Source: Paraspadella gotoi
Taxonomy: Eukaryota > Animalia > Chaetognatha
NCBI GenBank assembly: GCA_051294375.1
Contig: CM119263.1
Span: 26,390,758-26,454,757, forward strand
Direction: 5' to 3'
Length of the DNA: 64,000 bases
Below are positions 28,566 to 42,434 of the stretch, piece after piece. Under the pieces are notes generated by a model, which saw nothing but the letters and a program-made list of their open reading frames with translations, searched no databases and was not told where the DNA came from. Both the position numbers and the translations under genes were made by a program. How positions within the stretch are numbered: the first letter of the stretch is position 1; every line of letters starts with the position of its first letter.

Positions 28566-28633
<68 letters not shown>

Positions 28634-29429
28634 CTTTCTTGTCTTTAGACATTAACTGCTGTCGGCAAGGCCGGCTAAGCTGAGTTTACGAAGTCCACTG
28701 AGATGGTCAAGCAACAAGAAAGGCATTGTTGACTGCAATAACCACTGCAGATTCGCTGGCAACAACGGTTTCGCTATACACATGTCCCGATATCTTCATT
28801 CGTTGCTGGGGCACAGATTATTATTGTGGTCGTGGTCATCGACGTGGACCAAGCGGTTTATATATATGCGGTAGATTCCGTATCAAGCACGTCTGTCATT
28901 TATCACTTTGTGGACCAGGATATCCCTTTCCCTTTTTTTTTGTAATTTTCATTTTTTCTCCTTTTTTTCTTTTTATGAATAATATAAACGACGGTTTAAA
29001 AACTGGAGCAACGACGGAGAATCAAGGATGAGGATGTGATGGGGAAAGAGGAATGAAGAGTCGTTCTAATTGATGTGGACAGATAGAGAGAAAGATGGTA
29101 AGAGATGACCGAGATTGATATCGAGTACAGACTTATGCGTATATGAATCGATTCACGCACATCTTCCCTTGAATAAACTTGCTTAAGGAATGAATAAATC
29201 AGAAAACAGAGTAAATTACTCAATAGCGAGGCCCAAAACGATTGTCGATCCTTGTATACTTAATAACGAACAATGAATTAATAAAATTTATACAATCCTG
29301 GATTCCCATTTTTAATCTCGAGAACGAATAACGAGAATTTCTCTCTTGTTCTGAAGAGAAACAATTCAAGTCGCTGATTGAGTCGACCGTCATTTTTCTT
29401 CCTCTCTCTCTCTTCTCCTCTCTCTCTCT

Positions 29430-29478
<49 letters not shown>

Positions 29479-29765
29479 TCCTTTTTTTTCTGCCTCTTTC
29501 CTTTGACGTCTATAAATGGACCGTACTAAATCGGGGCGTGCAGATTCTGATCTCCGGTGACCTCGTCCTCCCGCTATGTCCCCCCCTACCCATCCAGTCT
29601 TCCCCCGTTCCCAGCTCCTTGCCGATCTTTCTCGACCCCGATGTCTTTTTGTTTCCAACGTAAAATGTCGCGACACTCGAGGCGAATGACTCGAGATGTC
29701 GTTGGCAATTTAACCTACACTTGATCTTTTGTTTCGATCTCTTGGAGGGGGGTTAATAGAAGAGG

Positions 29766-29811
<46 letters not shown>

Positions 29812-31843
29812 TCAGATCAGAAAACAGGCAATCGAAAAAAGTAATTCCTACCTTTAGCGTGTTTCGTACAAAAAATCCTCTGAGAGTTAAACTTGAAGAA
29901 AGACTAGCAAGAAATAAGCCGAGGACAGAGACCGAGAGAGATTGAGGAAGAGAGAGAGAGATTGAGAAAAAGAGAGAGAGAGATAGTCGACTTGGGTGAA
30001 AAAGAAAGAAATAAAAAATTGGGTAAGTAAGCCGCAGAAATGCTTCCTCACTCGGCGAAGGGATTTGTAAAGAGAGGCGCAGATGGCGGAGTTGTCACTA
30101 CGGTTGGCTACAACATTTTTCTTTCCAAATTTTCCTTTCTCCTTTTTTCTTCCTTTTTTTTAAATTTCTTCTTTCTCTCCTTCCTCCTTTCAGTTTTCCA
30201 TTTTCCTTTTCACCCATTCGTCCTCACTTTTAGTTTTTTTTTTTCCTTTCCGCTTGATTTTTTTTTTTCAATTTTCATTTCGAGTTTAGATTAGATCCAA
30301 TTTTTTTTTAGGTTTTAATATTATACTAAATTGATTTAGAATTGTATTTTTGTTTCAAAATAACACCACTGCATGACGCTTTAGCGATAGTTTTACGTAC
30401 GGCGTCCCCTGACCGAGGATCCTAAAAATCATAACTCTTGGGATTTTTGTTATCACGAAGTCGCCACCCTCCCGTAACAAATTACTAGTCGCTCGAAACT
30501 AAATTGCCTTCGGCCGGAATATTGGTTGACGCAATTGTCGCATCGCCGATCCTAAAGCTGAACTGTTACGAAACGATCGTGGAAAAATGGGCAACCGATG
30601 ACTCTGGACGGAATTAAAGTCTTTGCTTTCTCTTCTTTTTTTCTGGCTTTCTCTTTTGTTTCTCACTCTCCTCTTTCCTCTTTCCTCTTTCCTCTTTCCT
30701 CTCTTTTCCATTCGAATATTTCCGAGTTTCCAACTTCTCTCTTTCACGCTTCGTACCCGTCCGAAGACCGTAAGGTTTTACTTTTCCCTCAATCCCTTCA
30801 GAAAATCAGCTCTTTAAAGTCGTATATTAGTAAATATAAGTAAGTTCATCCTCTTTTATATTATCGTTATACTTTTCCTTTCTCATCCCATCCTTCGTTT
30901 ACTATCTTTCTCACGCCAACGTCTTCTAATCCACCACCCTTCACCGTTCACCACTCTCTTACCCCTTCTCCCTCCACCTCGCCCACAACAGTTTACCACC
31001 CTCTCGGTTCGCTCCCGTGGTTTTTCATGACGCATTGTGGCTTTTGGCAGAAATCTCATCATCGAGGAATTTGGTGGCTGCAGAAGCGGAGGAAGAGAGC
31101 AAGAAGAGGAAGAAGAGAAATTGAATGTCCCCGAATTTTTTTTCCTTTCAATTTTTTTTTTTTTTTTGGTTGCAACTCCACCATGAGAAGATGATGTGGC
31201 AAGGAAATTCCTTTTTCTATTTTTTTTTAGTTCCGTCGCGAGTACTGGGTCGGTCTATGGGTCGGTCGGTCTGTATATCTGTATCCCTTACGATAAAAAT
31301 GTATATAATTCGCCTATAGGTGGTTGCTCATTTGTTAAGACAGGAAAAAACCTATAAACTAGGGGACTGCTTACGCCGCCTTCAGGAAATCTTTAAAATT
31401 ATAAGGAACAAAAGACGGGGGTTCGATGCAGTGCATGTCATAAATACAAGGGCTAAAAAGTTTTTTAGTCATATCATGTCATGTCATGTCATGTCATGTC
31501 ATATACACTTAAAATACACTTAAAAATAAAGTCACTGCGGTGAAACACATTGGAATAACTGTTCTTGTTTTTTAATTTTTCAATCTTTTTCCCTTTTATA
31601 CCAGTTTCGATTCTTTCTATTTACTTTTATACTTTCTCTTTTATCAAGGTTCTTCGCTCTTTACTTTTTAGCTTTTAATTCTTTCCTCTCTGAGTTAATT
31701 TCCCTATCTATTCTTTCTTTTCAAAATTTTGTTGGAATTTTCGACCTTGCACTCTGGTTATTTATATGCAGTCTTCTCGAGCGACCTCGGTTCTGTCTCT
31801 TGTTGTTTAGCTCTTCTCTCTCTCTCTCTCTCTCTCTCTTCTC

Positions 31844-31883
<40 letters not shown>

Positions 31884-31981
31884 CTTTCTCTCTCTCTCCT
31901 CTTTTTCATTTAAATCTTTATTTATTGAATCCTACATCATTATTTTGTTAAAGACACTGATATCAAACTTTTTTATGTATT

Positions 31982-32044
<63 letters not shown>

Positions 32045-32242
32045 CAGGCGCTTTCTCCTGATTTTATTTATTTTCTCTTTGTTCTTCTTTGATTTGATTT
32101 TCAATTTCCTTTTGATGCGTTTTTTTCTTCTTTCTTCCTCCAACGAACAATGACGACGACTAAAAGAAGGCAAGGTCGACCAACGACCGTTTCGATATTA
32201 AAAAACTTTTATTATTATCATTAATCGAAAAAAAACAACAAA

Positions 32243-33910
32243 TATTTGTAATTTTAACAAACCTTAAATTTAATTCAACGAAATTAGCTAGAAGCTCATC
32301 TTTAAAACTAAGTTTGAGATAAAACGAAAGTGATTTTCAGAAAAAAAATTGCGATTCCAGAGGAAATGAAAACAATAAACAATAACAAAATTCTCGCGAA
32401 ATGAGAAAGAAGCAAAGGAGAATCACACAATCGCAAATATGAGTAAAAAAAANNNNNNNNNNNNNNNNNNNNNNNNNNNNNNNNNNNNNNNNNNNNNNNN
32501 NNNNNNNNNNNNNNNNNNNNNNNNNNNNNNNNNNNNNNNNNNNNNNNNNNNNNNNNNNNNNNNNNNNNNNNNNNNNNNNNNNNNNNNNNNNNNNNNNNNN
32601 NNNNNNNNNNNNNNNNNNNNNNNNNNNNNNNNNNNNNNNNNNNNNNNNNNNNNNNNNNNNNNNNNNNNNNNNNNNNNNNNNNNNNNNNNNNNNNNNNNNN
32701 NNNNNNNNNNNNNNNNNNNNNNNNNNNNNNNNNNNNNNNNNNNNNNNNNNNNNNNNNNNNNNNNNNNNNNNNNNNNNNNNNNNNNNNNNNNNNNNNNNNN
32801 NNNNNNNNNNNNNNNNNNNNNNNNNNNNNNNNNNNNNNNNNNNNNNNNNNNNNNNNNNNNNNNNNNNNNNNNNNNNNNNNNNNNNNNNNNNNNNNNNNNN
32901 NNNNNNNNNNNNNNNNNNNNNNNNNNNNNNNNNNNNNNNNNNNNNNNNNNNNNNNNNNNNNNNNNNNNNNNNNNNNNNNNNNNNNNNNNNNNNNNNNNNN
33001 NNNNNNNNNNNNNNNNNNNNNNNNNNNNNNNNNNNNNNNNNNNNNNNNNNNNNNNNNNNNNNNNNNNNNNNNNNNNNNNNNNNNNNNNNNNNNNNNNNNN
33101 NNNNNNNNNNNNNNNNNNNNNNNNNNNNNNNNNNNNNNNNNNNNNNNNNNNNNNNNNNNNNNNNNNNNNNNNNNNNNNNNNNNNNNNNNNNNNNNNNNNN
33201 NNNNNNNNNNNNNNNNNNNNNNNNNNNNNNNNNNNNNNNNNNNNNNNNNNNNNNNNNNNNNNNNNNTCTTTTTTTACTTGTGCATAAAAGTAAACCACTG
33301 TGGCTCTCCTTTTTTATGTTATTTCTTTTCTTTCCTCCTTGCTATTTTTTTACTTTAACCTTTTTNNNNNNNNNNNNNNNNNNNNNNNNNTTTGTAATTT
33401 AAACAAACCTTAAATTTAATTCAACGAAATTAGCTAGAAGCTCATCTTTAAAAACTAAGTTTGAGATAAAACGAAATTGATTTTCAGAAAAGAAATTGCG
33501 ATTCCAGAGGAAATGAAAAACAAAAAACAATAAAAAATTCTATCGAAATGAGAAAGAAAGCAAAGGAGAATCACACAATCGCAAATATGAGGTAAAAAAA
33601 AAATTAATTGCGAAAGATAAATTATTGATAATTTAAACTGTTTTGAAGTTTTAACTTTTTCATGAAAAGGAGATAAAATGTCCTGCGAAACTCCTTTCAA
33701 TATGAGAAAATAGGAAAACAACAACACAAAAACGACAACAGTGAAAAGGTGAACGATAACGTTATTAAAAGAAACACTATACCCTTGCAACGAAATATTA
33801 TGTTAATTTTCGTTTTTTTACTTGTGCATGAAAAGTAAACCACTGGGCTCGCTTTTTTTATGTTATTTTTTTCTTTCCTCCTTGCTATTTTTTTACTTTA
33901 ACCTTTTTTT
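32243..33910. other. Gap-associated false duplication
   Basis: 32243-32452 repeats at 33391-33600 and 33267-33365 repeats at ~33813-33910. The ~815-N gap therefore spans sequence that is present, and only ~210 bp long, in the second copy. Confidence 0.85.
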
Positions 33911-34100
33911 GTAAGTCGTGTGCGCAGGACGAATCTAACCGTTAAGAGTTTAGATCGAGAGAATGATTATTCTCCAAAAGAAAACGGATAACAATAAACA
34001 ATACAATGGAAATACTAAGTCTAAGAGAGACAATGGAATAAAGGACTGAGGGACCTTTTAGGGACAATTAAGGACATGTAAACAAGGTCACACAAACGGT

Positions 34101-34156
<56 letters not shown>

Positions 34157-36349
34157 GAGAGAGAGAGAGAGAAAGAGAGAAAGAGAGAGAGAAAACTTCG
34201 AAGGTCGCGGGTTCGAGTCTGCCACAGTAGTTCTGTTTTTTATCCCTTTCGTCCTTTTACTTTTATTTTTATATCCCTTTTTGTCTCTATGAAATTGGTA
34301 CAACCAATATAAAAACAATATATTTTTCCTCCTTTTTCTTTTTCTTCTATTATTTTTCTCTCAAATTTCCTTTCTCTCTTCTCCCATTTTTTTTCCTATT
34401 GTAATCCTCAATCATAATTTTTTTTTTACTTCCCCAATTTCCTATTTCTCCCTATTTTTTTCTTCCCTCTTTTCCTTCCCATCCTCTTATTCCCCCCTTT
34501 TCCTATCTATTTGCTTTTCTCTCTTTTTCCCCTTTTCCTCCCTTTTCCTCCCTTTTCCTCCCATTATCTCTTTATCTCCTATCCTCTCTTCCTCCCTTTT
34601 TATTCCTTTTCTTCCCATTTTTCTTCCTTTCCCTTCTCCTCCCCATCTCCTCTTCTTCCCCTTTTCTCCCTTTTCCTCCCAATCTCTCACTTTCTTCACT
34701 TTCACTCCACTTTCCTCTTTCATCCTCCCGATCTCGCTTCAGTTTCCTTTTCACATAAAAGGGAGGAGTTTTGAACAGAAGCCAAAAACCATAAAACGTA
34801 TCATGTTTTAACACTCTGGCGGCAATTCAGCCATCACCTGGAAACAAAAGGGAAAGGCGAAGACTGATGGGGAGAAAAAGGATTCGCAAGTGAAATAAAT
34901 AAAAACTTGAATCAGAATGAAAAAGGATTAGATTAAAGCGATAAAGGAAAAAAAAGATAACATGGCGACGTTTAAAGAATATAGAGTGAAAGTGAAAATT
35001 TTAATTGTTTCTTATTTAGACTAAAATTGTATTTAGTATATTTTATTAAATTTTGATATTTTCGGAAATTTTCGGAAATCTTTCGGGGTTTTTTTATTTT
35101 CATTTATCTTTTTTTTTCTTCTTTTATTGAAAACGGATACGAAGATTCGAAGACGAAGGCGGAGATGGGTTGTGGAGATGTGTGCGGGGGGAGTGTGGAA
35201 GAGTAGGCGGGGTGGAGGGAGAGGGGGGCTGGGGGTGGAGATAGTAGAGGGGGGTCGGTGATAATGGAGGAGAAGTTGTTACGAGAGACACAGACGAAGA
35301 CGGGATGGAATTTCGCTTTCGCTTTGTTTTTCTTTTTATTAATGAGAATAAAGGGGAAAGTAAGAGAGAGTAGAGATGGAAAGAGGGGACATGAGAGAAA
35401 GAAAGAGAGAAGGAAAGAAAGAAAGAAAGAAAGAAAAAAAAGAAAAAAAGAAAGAAAGAAAGAAAGAAGAAAGAAAGAAGAAAGAAAGAAAGAAGAAAGA
35501 AAGAAAGAAAAAATAAAGAGAAAAAAGAAGAAAGAAAGCTCTCTCTTTTCCTAGCTGACAGCTCTCTGACGTATCGGCCTTTAATGCCGACACGAAAAAG
35601 CAAATCTCATTGAAAAATAAAAACGTACGAGACCGAGAGTTTTGCGGAAAAAAACTCGAACATATGCACTTACAGTAAAAACAGCCGTACACCGTCTTTG
35701 GCGGTAGACTAGTCACTTAATCTCTGGCAACATTAGGCTTCCCTCAGAAAAAAAGCGGGAAAGAAACAATATCATAAATGCGAGGCAAACTGCGTTGTTC
35801 TTGTCAGAACTGACTTGGCTCGAGTCCGCGCGCCGAAAACCGAGCCTCGGCGCGGCTCCGTGGCCGCCACAACTCCCCGGGGCCCGCGCCCTGCTCCGCT
35901 CTCGTCGCGCCTGCCCGCCTGGAGCCGAATTGAGGAGAAAGGGGTCACCAGAGGTCGTGAATAAGAAACTCACTTAATCTTTCTTCGTAATGGAAAATTG
36001 TAAGATACGAAGCGATCGTTGGGGGGGGAGATCTGGGGACGTGTAATGGCTTTAATTAGAAGAGAAGAGAGGAGAGAGAAGAGAGAGAGGAGAGAGAGAG
36101 AGAGAGAGAGAGAGACGAGACGAAACGAGAGAGGAGAAAGCGATGCCTTTTTCATTCGCGGTAATAATTGTTTAGTTTCGGTTTAGATCGATAGAATCAT
36201 TTTTTCCGGTTGAAATATCTGAATTCACTGCTTCTCCGCGATCAAGCTGTTATTAGAGCTAAGAACGAAGCGTGTTTCGTTTTATCTTTCACAGTCTTTA
36301 CTCTCATTCAAACACGTGTGTAAAAATGAAAGGAAAAATACTTTAAATA

Positions 36350-39300
36350 ATGTTATCTACTTTACTGGCCAATGTTTTATTCCTATTCTGGAACCCAAAT
36401 TGAAGTTAGTTTACATTGGATTTATATGAAAAATTGTCTTAGGTTATATATGTTCTTATAATTTAAGGTTTAAAGTTTATTTAATACTAATTTTAGCATT
36501 GTCTATTTTTTAGTTTATCACACTTGCCTCTCCTTGAAACACACCTCCTTCTTGCCTACCTTGTCCTTCTACATTGCTTACCATGATATGTATCCTGAGA
36601 TTGGAATGTATTATCTCAAATGTGTTACTATTTCTGCTTTATTACATGGTTTAAGAATATATAAGGTTATAGTTAAGGTGTTTTAACATGTTAGAACTGT
36701 TTGGTTTCCAAAGATACTTGTTGAGAGTAGTTGAACACGGATTTGAATTCAAATAATTAATTAGGGTACAAAATTAGGGCCAACTCTAGAAGAATAGAGA
36801 TGAAACTTAGACTTTTGTTTTATTTGCGATAAATCTCGGATATCTAGGTCGCCGTTAAGAGCGCTTCAGTTTAAAACTTCATATTTCTGGTGCCAGTAAT
36901 GTGGCTTCATTTCTTGTGCCTCATTTTTAATTTAACTTGTTATACCAAAGCTTCGGTTTTATGATTTAAGCTTAAGGCTTACTTGATGTTGTTTGGCTTA
37001 TTGTTCTAAACCCTAGGGGGTTCAAGTATGAGGTTTTGGCTTATTCCCTGTTTGACAGGACCGAAGCCTGCAAGGCTTTGTTATTGCTCATTTTTTTGTT
37101 TATAAGGATTCATTGATTTTTTCTGCCATGGCTATGGCTAAGTCACTGGAAGACGTTCTTGAGGATCGAAAGGAGAAGCTGAACAGGCATCATTAGTTGT
37201 TCATCATGCCATTGCAGAGCTGCAAGGAACGCTGCCTAGAGTTGAGCGCTTAAGGTCACTTCAGAGTGCCAAGGAGCTTTCTTAAGATTTTGTGACAATA
37301 AATAGGTGCCATTGAAACATTCCGCCAGAGGGTGGTAAAAGAACTCTACCATGGAGAATTAGATAAGGGAGCTAAGTATGGTTATGCTCTACTCGTGAAC
37401 AATACAAAGCCAGTTCTGATGCCAATTGGGAAAACTCCCTTCTTCACCCAATCTAGAATCTGTATCAAACAGCTGCTACTCTTTTCTTGCTGATTTGGCT
37501 GTGAGTACTATAGCTCAACAACCTTTGCCTCCGCTTCGTGACAGTCATTTCCCTTCGCGCCTCCTCACTGCTTCGTCTAGGAGAACCTCTACCACAAGAG
37601 GATGAGCAGTCATATGTATCTGCCCTGGTGGGCATTCTCGTCATTCATCAAAAGCAGATCTAACTGGAGTACTACTTTCTTCTAAGCGCGGATCAGCAGC
37701 GCAGGTGCAACAAAGCTGCTATGAGCTTAAAAGCAGGGCAAATTAAGGTTCAGTTTCTTAGGAACAACAAAGCTGAGCAGTTGAATTTGAAGAGGAACAA
37801 GAGGAGCAACGAAGAGCTTGATGAAGAACTGAAAGGAACAAGCCTGGAGCTTCAAAATATGCGCCAACTTGATCTGGAAGGTGCCTCTGAGAATGTGCGA
37901 ACGGCAGTGAGGAGGTGGATCAAGATGGACCCCATGTACATCTAAAGAGTCGCGTTCAGAGCTTTCTTGAGAAGTAAGGACAACAGCCAGATTTTCTGGC
38001 ACAGGCGCACCTGATATTGTTATTCTGAGCCAGCCTACTGGGTCAGCCCCCTTAGGAGCTGTTTTCATTTCTTCACTATCCCGTCAGGGCTGCGGCGGCA
38101 GTCCTACTGGATCGTCCCTTTGCCCCAGCTTCACCTGCTTCTCAATCCCTTCCATCCTCTACTACTACTAGTCTGCCTGTTATACTCCACCATTTGATTC
38201 AGCCTTCCCATCGTTCCCATCAACTTGAACCTTTACCAGCCACCACACCAGCTGCCATTTCTTCCCGCACGCAATTGCCTTTACCATCTTTATCCTATTT
38301 TCAGCCTAACACTGACTCTCCTACAACACTAACAACAGCGACCATTTCACAACCCATTTTTTCTCAACTTCTATTTCGCCCACCATCACAATTCCCAGTG
38401 CCGTTGGCGAACAATCAGGCACTCACCCTGGCTGCAGCCTTCATGGTCTCCGAACTTGCGCATCACAGCATTAGGCACTGGAAGCCTCACAACCCTCCAC
38501 AGAGCACCTGAATCGGTTATCGCTGTTCAGACCGAGTGCTTTCGTCTTCGTCCGAAACGCAAATTTAAGGTGATAGTTCGAATCTAAGGAGCCATTCTTA
38601 CTCAGTTTGCGACTGGTTGAGAGTTCTTGCTTGAACCCTCAGGAGAAAGTTTAGGGAATTGTTGGAAGTGGGTAGAGGGTGAAGGCCGCTATGATTCTGA
38701 TTCAGAGATTGAAATATGAGCAGAATGCCGATGTCCGCCGTTATATCACGCGAAGTTGGAGCTCGCCAAAAAGGTGGGGAGGCACCCTGATTCTGCAGGG
38801 GAAAAGCTCAGACAAATTCTGAAGAAGGTTAAGGTAAGGAAGGCGGACTATAGTGGTTCAGAAAATCTTTTATTATCAGCTTCAGTCTGTGGTGACAGTT
38901 GCCACACAGAATAACGCTTTGAGTGAATGGCTACTAACTCCTGTGTCATAAGATTCTTGAGACGGCTTGTTCCCTTTTTGAAAGTGCCTGGAACAAAAAG
39001 TTTCAACCGTAAGAATGCAGGGATTTACCTGACCTTCATGATTTCCTTCAATGTCTCAACGAATATGGTCAAAGAAGGTGATACTCATTCTGGAAGATAA
39101 ATCTCTTTCAGGAGGTAAAAAAGAGTAATCCCGGTCAGAGCCAAATGCCTGTTGAGGCTGAGGATCTTCCCTGCTCCGGGAACCCAGTCCCTGCTAAGTC
39201 TACACCAGTCTTCTGCACAAGCTGCAATTCAAATGCAGGGTGTGCAACGCGGTGTTCATGCGGTGGAGAAGTGTCATGTCTTTTTTTGCGTGCTAAGCCT

Positions 39301-40789
39301 TTTCAGCGGAATAACATCTGTCGAACGCTTCTCGTCTTGCTTTAGATTTTTGGAAATGGCCATTCTGCTGTCAATTGGTAAGGATCCCCCACATGGCTCC
39401 GAACATGTAAGGACAGCACCACACACTTCTACCACAGTGGAGCCTAATCAAAACCGACCAAACTCAACACCAGCATCCCGCATCAACCCCCACACCTTCA
39501 ACGTCTACCTCGTCTGCACCTCAGCAATCCCAGACTGCTAAAAAGGTTGCTTCTCATTCCCATCTAGACCCAGGAAAAGAGGACGGAATATAGCCCATAG
39601 TCGCCATTTTTGGTTCGCTGCGACAGTAGGGAAAAGTACGTCTATGCTCTCTTAGATACTGAAGTGATGTGACTTTTTGTCTCAAGGCGTCTTGCTGATC
39701 GAGATGGATCGCCTATTGCCTAGAGTGCGATGAATTGACCTTAAGGTCATTGGTAGTAGATTCGTAAACCACGAGAATGTCACCAGCAGAGCTGGTGAGC
39801 TTTATGGGAGTGAAGGGGTAGAACCCTTCAAGGTTTGCACTCCAATATCATTATTGAATCCCGAGCTTAACAAATGGTGAACTTACCCACAACTCAAGAG
39901 AAGGTTGATGGTTAATGGACCATCTTAAGGAAGTTTAAGGTGGTGGAGATGAAAGGTGTTGAGAGTTTTGATCTCATTATTGTAAGGACCTTGCTGATAC
40001 TTTGGCTCCATGACGGAGATCGTGGTGGTTCTTCTTGGCATCTCCTAAGTGCTTTTTAGGACTATATGGGGCTGGTCCTTGATGAGTCCCTGGAGCAGAT
40101 GGCTGGCAAAAAATCTTTATAAACTTCTTTACACCTTGCTGTACATGAGGCAGTGTTATTTTGCTAAGATTGATGCTGGAGCTCCTGTGATTACCGAGCC
40201 ATCAGAGTTTAAAGAAGTCACTTGGACATGGAAACGCTTTTGGGCTTGGGCTATGACCCAAATACCGACAAGTATTCTTCAAGTGAGAGTGAACCGAAAG
40301 GCGGGGAGATGGACTTCTCTGAAGGAAATTGTTGTCGGTCACAGCTTCAGTCTATTCACCTTTGGCCTAGCATCTCCATGTAATACTCAGGCAGGTTATG
40401 CTCCAGAAAGCTTGTAAAGCCGATGTTGGCTTGGGATGATCCTCTCCCTGAGGAGTAACCAAGCCGTTTAAGGAATGGCAAGGAAGTCTTGCCTAGCTTG
40501 TCTTCTGGTCCGAGTCCCAGGTGAAAAAAGACCTCACCCTACAGCAAAAAATTCGACACTTTCATATGTTTTGTTGATGCTTCGAGTGTGGCTTATGTGG
40601 TTGCAGCCTTATCAACGAATTGTTGATGAATATGATGTTGTCCATGTAATATTTTGGTTGTTAAGGCACGTGTTACTCTTTGATCGGTCTGCCACAAAAA
40701 GTCGCGAAAACCATTCCCCGCTCTGAGATGCAAGGAGCTATCTCTGGAATGATTTGTACAAGTTTCTCAAACGTGAGGCAGACAAGACC
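36350..40789 (+). mobile_element. Degenerate BEL/Pao LTR retrotransposon (gag-protease-[RT core missing]-connection-RNase H), truncated by a gap
   Basis: Allowing indels: triple Gag zinc knuckle CRVCN-GVHAVEKC...CFR.LGNGHSAVN...C..C.GQHHTLL (39234-39435); protease VYALLDT(G)SDVTF (39640-39680); DLII(G).D (~39971); TIWGWSL (~40060); LLGLGYDPNTD (~40237); LLSVTASVYSPL (~40328); WDDPLP (~40432); RNase H LH.FVDASSVAY (~40560); TIPRSEMQGA (~40710). Putative LTR end ...aaaacttca then PBS-like tggtgcc at ~36888. The 5' boundary is approximate. Confidence 0.85.
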
Positions 40790-41053
40790 NNNNNNNNNNN
40801 NNNNNNNNNNNNNNAAAATTTGGTCGCGTGACCGAATTTGATGAAAAACGATGATGATCAAAGAGCAAAGATACAACGATAGTGGCATCGAGTTCTAGCG
40901 TGCATCTCCTGCCATTTTTTATGGCATTTTATAGCGTGCATCTCCTGCTATTTTTATGGCATCGTATTACGTGCATCTGTCGCTATTTTTCTCGGACCAT
41001 TTCTTTACAGTCAGTATGTAGCGCTCATCTCATGCCTGTATTTCTGTTTAATG

Positions 41054-41218
41054 TGCATTTCACACCATTTCACTTTCAATGCAAACTTGGTGCATCTCAT
41101 GCCATTTCACTTTCAATGCAAACCTGGTGCATCTCATGCCATTTCACTTTCGATGCAAACTTGGTACATCTCATGCCATTTCACTTTCAATGCAAACTTG
41201 GTGCATCTCATGCCATTC
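41054..41218. repeat. 37-bp minisatellite (~4.5 copies)
   Basis: Unit tgcatctcatgccatttcactttcaatgcaaacttgg, head-to-tail. Related degenerate ~35-bp units (gtgcatctcctgc...) lie at 40896-41040. Confidence 0.9.
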
Positions 41219-41775
41219 ATCGGGCATCGTTCTGGTTACATATAATAGTAAATATGGAATCTTCTTTTAACTCTTTTTTCCTGTCAGTTCCCTATGTTCA
41301 AAAAAAAGTTTATGACCAGCAGATGAAGATTATGATGATGACGACGACAATGATAATGATGATTATGACGATGCCGATGATAGTGATGATGACGATGATG
41401 ATGACATCCCCCCAGCTCATTCGATATCTTTTTTTTTTCGTCGTCTTGATGACGCAAATCGATGACGTCAAAAACGTTCTTCTCTCTTAGAACTTCGTAA
41501 TGTTCGGATTTCTTGAGGTTTAATTAGATATCCTCGTGAAATGAATACAATACTAAATAGACAATTATATAAGTTGTATATAAATATTATTATATAATTA
41601 TATAAGCACCATCCCCGCTTTCCTGTTGTTTTCCCTAAATTTGGAATTTACTAAATGTCAGTCCGGATCAGTTTATTTTTCAGTTGAGAAACAGTGGATA
41701 AAAAAATAGTACAACAGTTAAAAATTTCAATGTTCCGAGACTACCGTCTTTCTCCCATTTTCTCTTTGCACGAAT

Positions 41776-41945
41776 TTAAAGCTTCGCCCGTCGCTCGAGC
41801 TGAGCCCGACTTTTGAGCTTAGCCCGTCTTTTAAGCTGTGCCCTCTTTTGAGCTTCGTCAGGTGCTCAAGCTGCACTAGACATTTGAGTTTCTCCCATTC
41901 AAGCACCTGACTTTTAAGCTTTTCCCGTCGTTCCAGCTTCGCCAT
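41776..41945 (-). CDS. Candidate terminal exon or small ORF with 18-nt (hexapeptide L-[KE]-x-R-A-[KQ]) periodicity
   Basis: Recurring (a/c)agct(c/t) about every 18 nt. Restoring one base near 41840 gives MAKLERREKLKSQVLEWEKLKCLVQLEHLTKLKRRAQLKRRAKLKSRAQLERRAKL*. Confidence 0.4.
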
Positions 41946-41973
41946 TCTTTTTTCTTCCTTCTTTCAGCTTTCG

Positions 41974-42023
<50 letters not shown>

Positions 42024-42377
42024 CAATATACTTAAATAAAAATCGACAACGAAATTCTTTCCTTTTGTTTTATATTCTTTCGAGTGGCCATGAAACAAGG
42101 AGTTTAGCGGGCAAGGAAAAGAACGATACAACGACGACGACGACGATGACGACGACGTCAATGACGTTGTAATGGCAAATCTCATTTTCTTTGGCGCCGC
42201 GGGGTTTTTCCTTGGCGAACGGAAAACTGGAAAGGTCATTTGAGGTTTCGGCGCATTTCTTCATTCTTCAACTTTTGTTGTCATTTCATGCGAAATTTTC
42301 TTTTTTTCGTTAGATTGAAAATAAATGAAAAAGAGGAGAAGAGAGAGAGAGAGAGAAAGAGAGAAGAGACGAGACGA

Positions 42378-42434
<57 letters not shown>

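Noticed and set aside
28654-28925. Minus-strand frame interrupted only by TGA codons (possible selenocysteine or readthrough)
   Set aside because: No recognisable protein motif, splice support or SECIS-like structure. Chance or indel errors suffice.
32423-33298. Long ORFs consisting of X (also ~6325-7030, 46175-47265, 58884-60012, 60995-61941)
   Set aside because: They simply run through N-gaps.
34198-34232. tRNA-like B box (ggtcgcgggttcgagtc); similar at ~45770
   Set aside because: No A box, acceptor stem or cloverleaf. At most a SINE remnant.
36950-40789. Compositionally distinct block as contamination or horizontal transfer
   Set aside because: Explained by BEL/Pao retrotransposon motifs, a normal metazoan element.
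41054-41218. 37-bp repeats of CRISPR-like length
   Set aside because: Units are head-to-tail with no unique spacers, no cas genes are nearby and the context is eukaryotic: a minisatellite.
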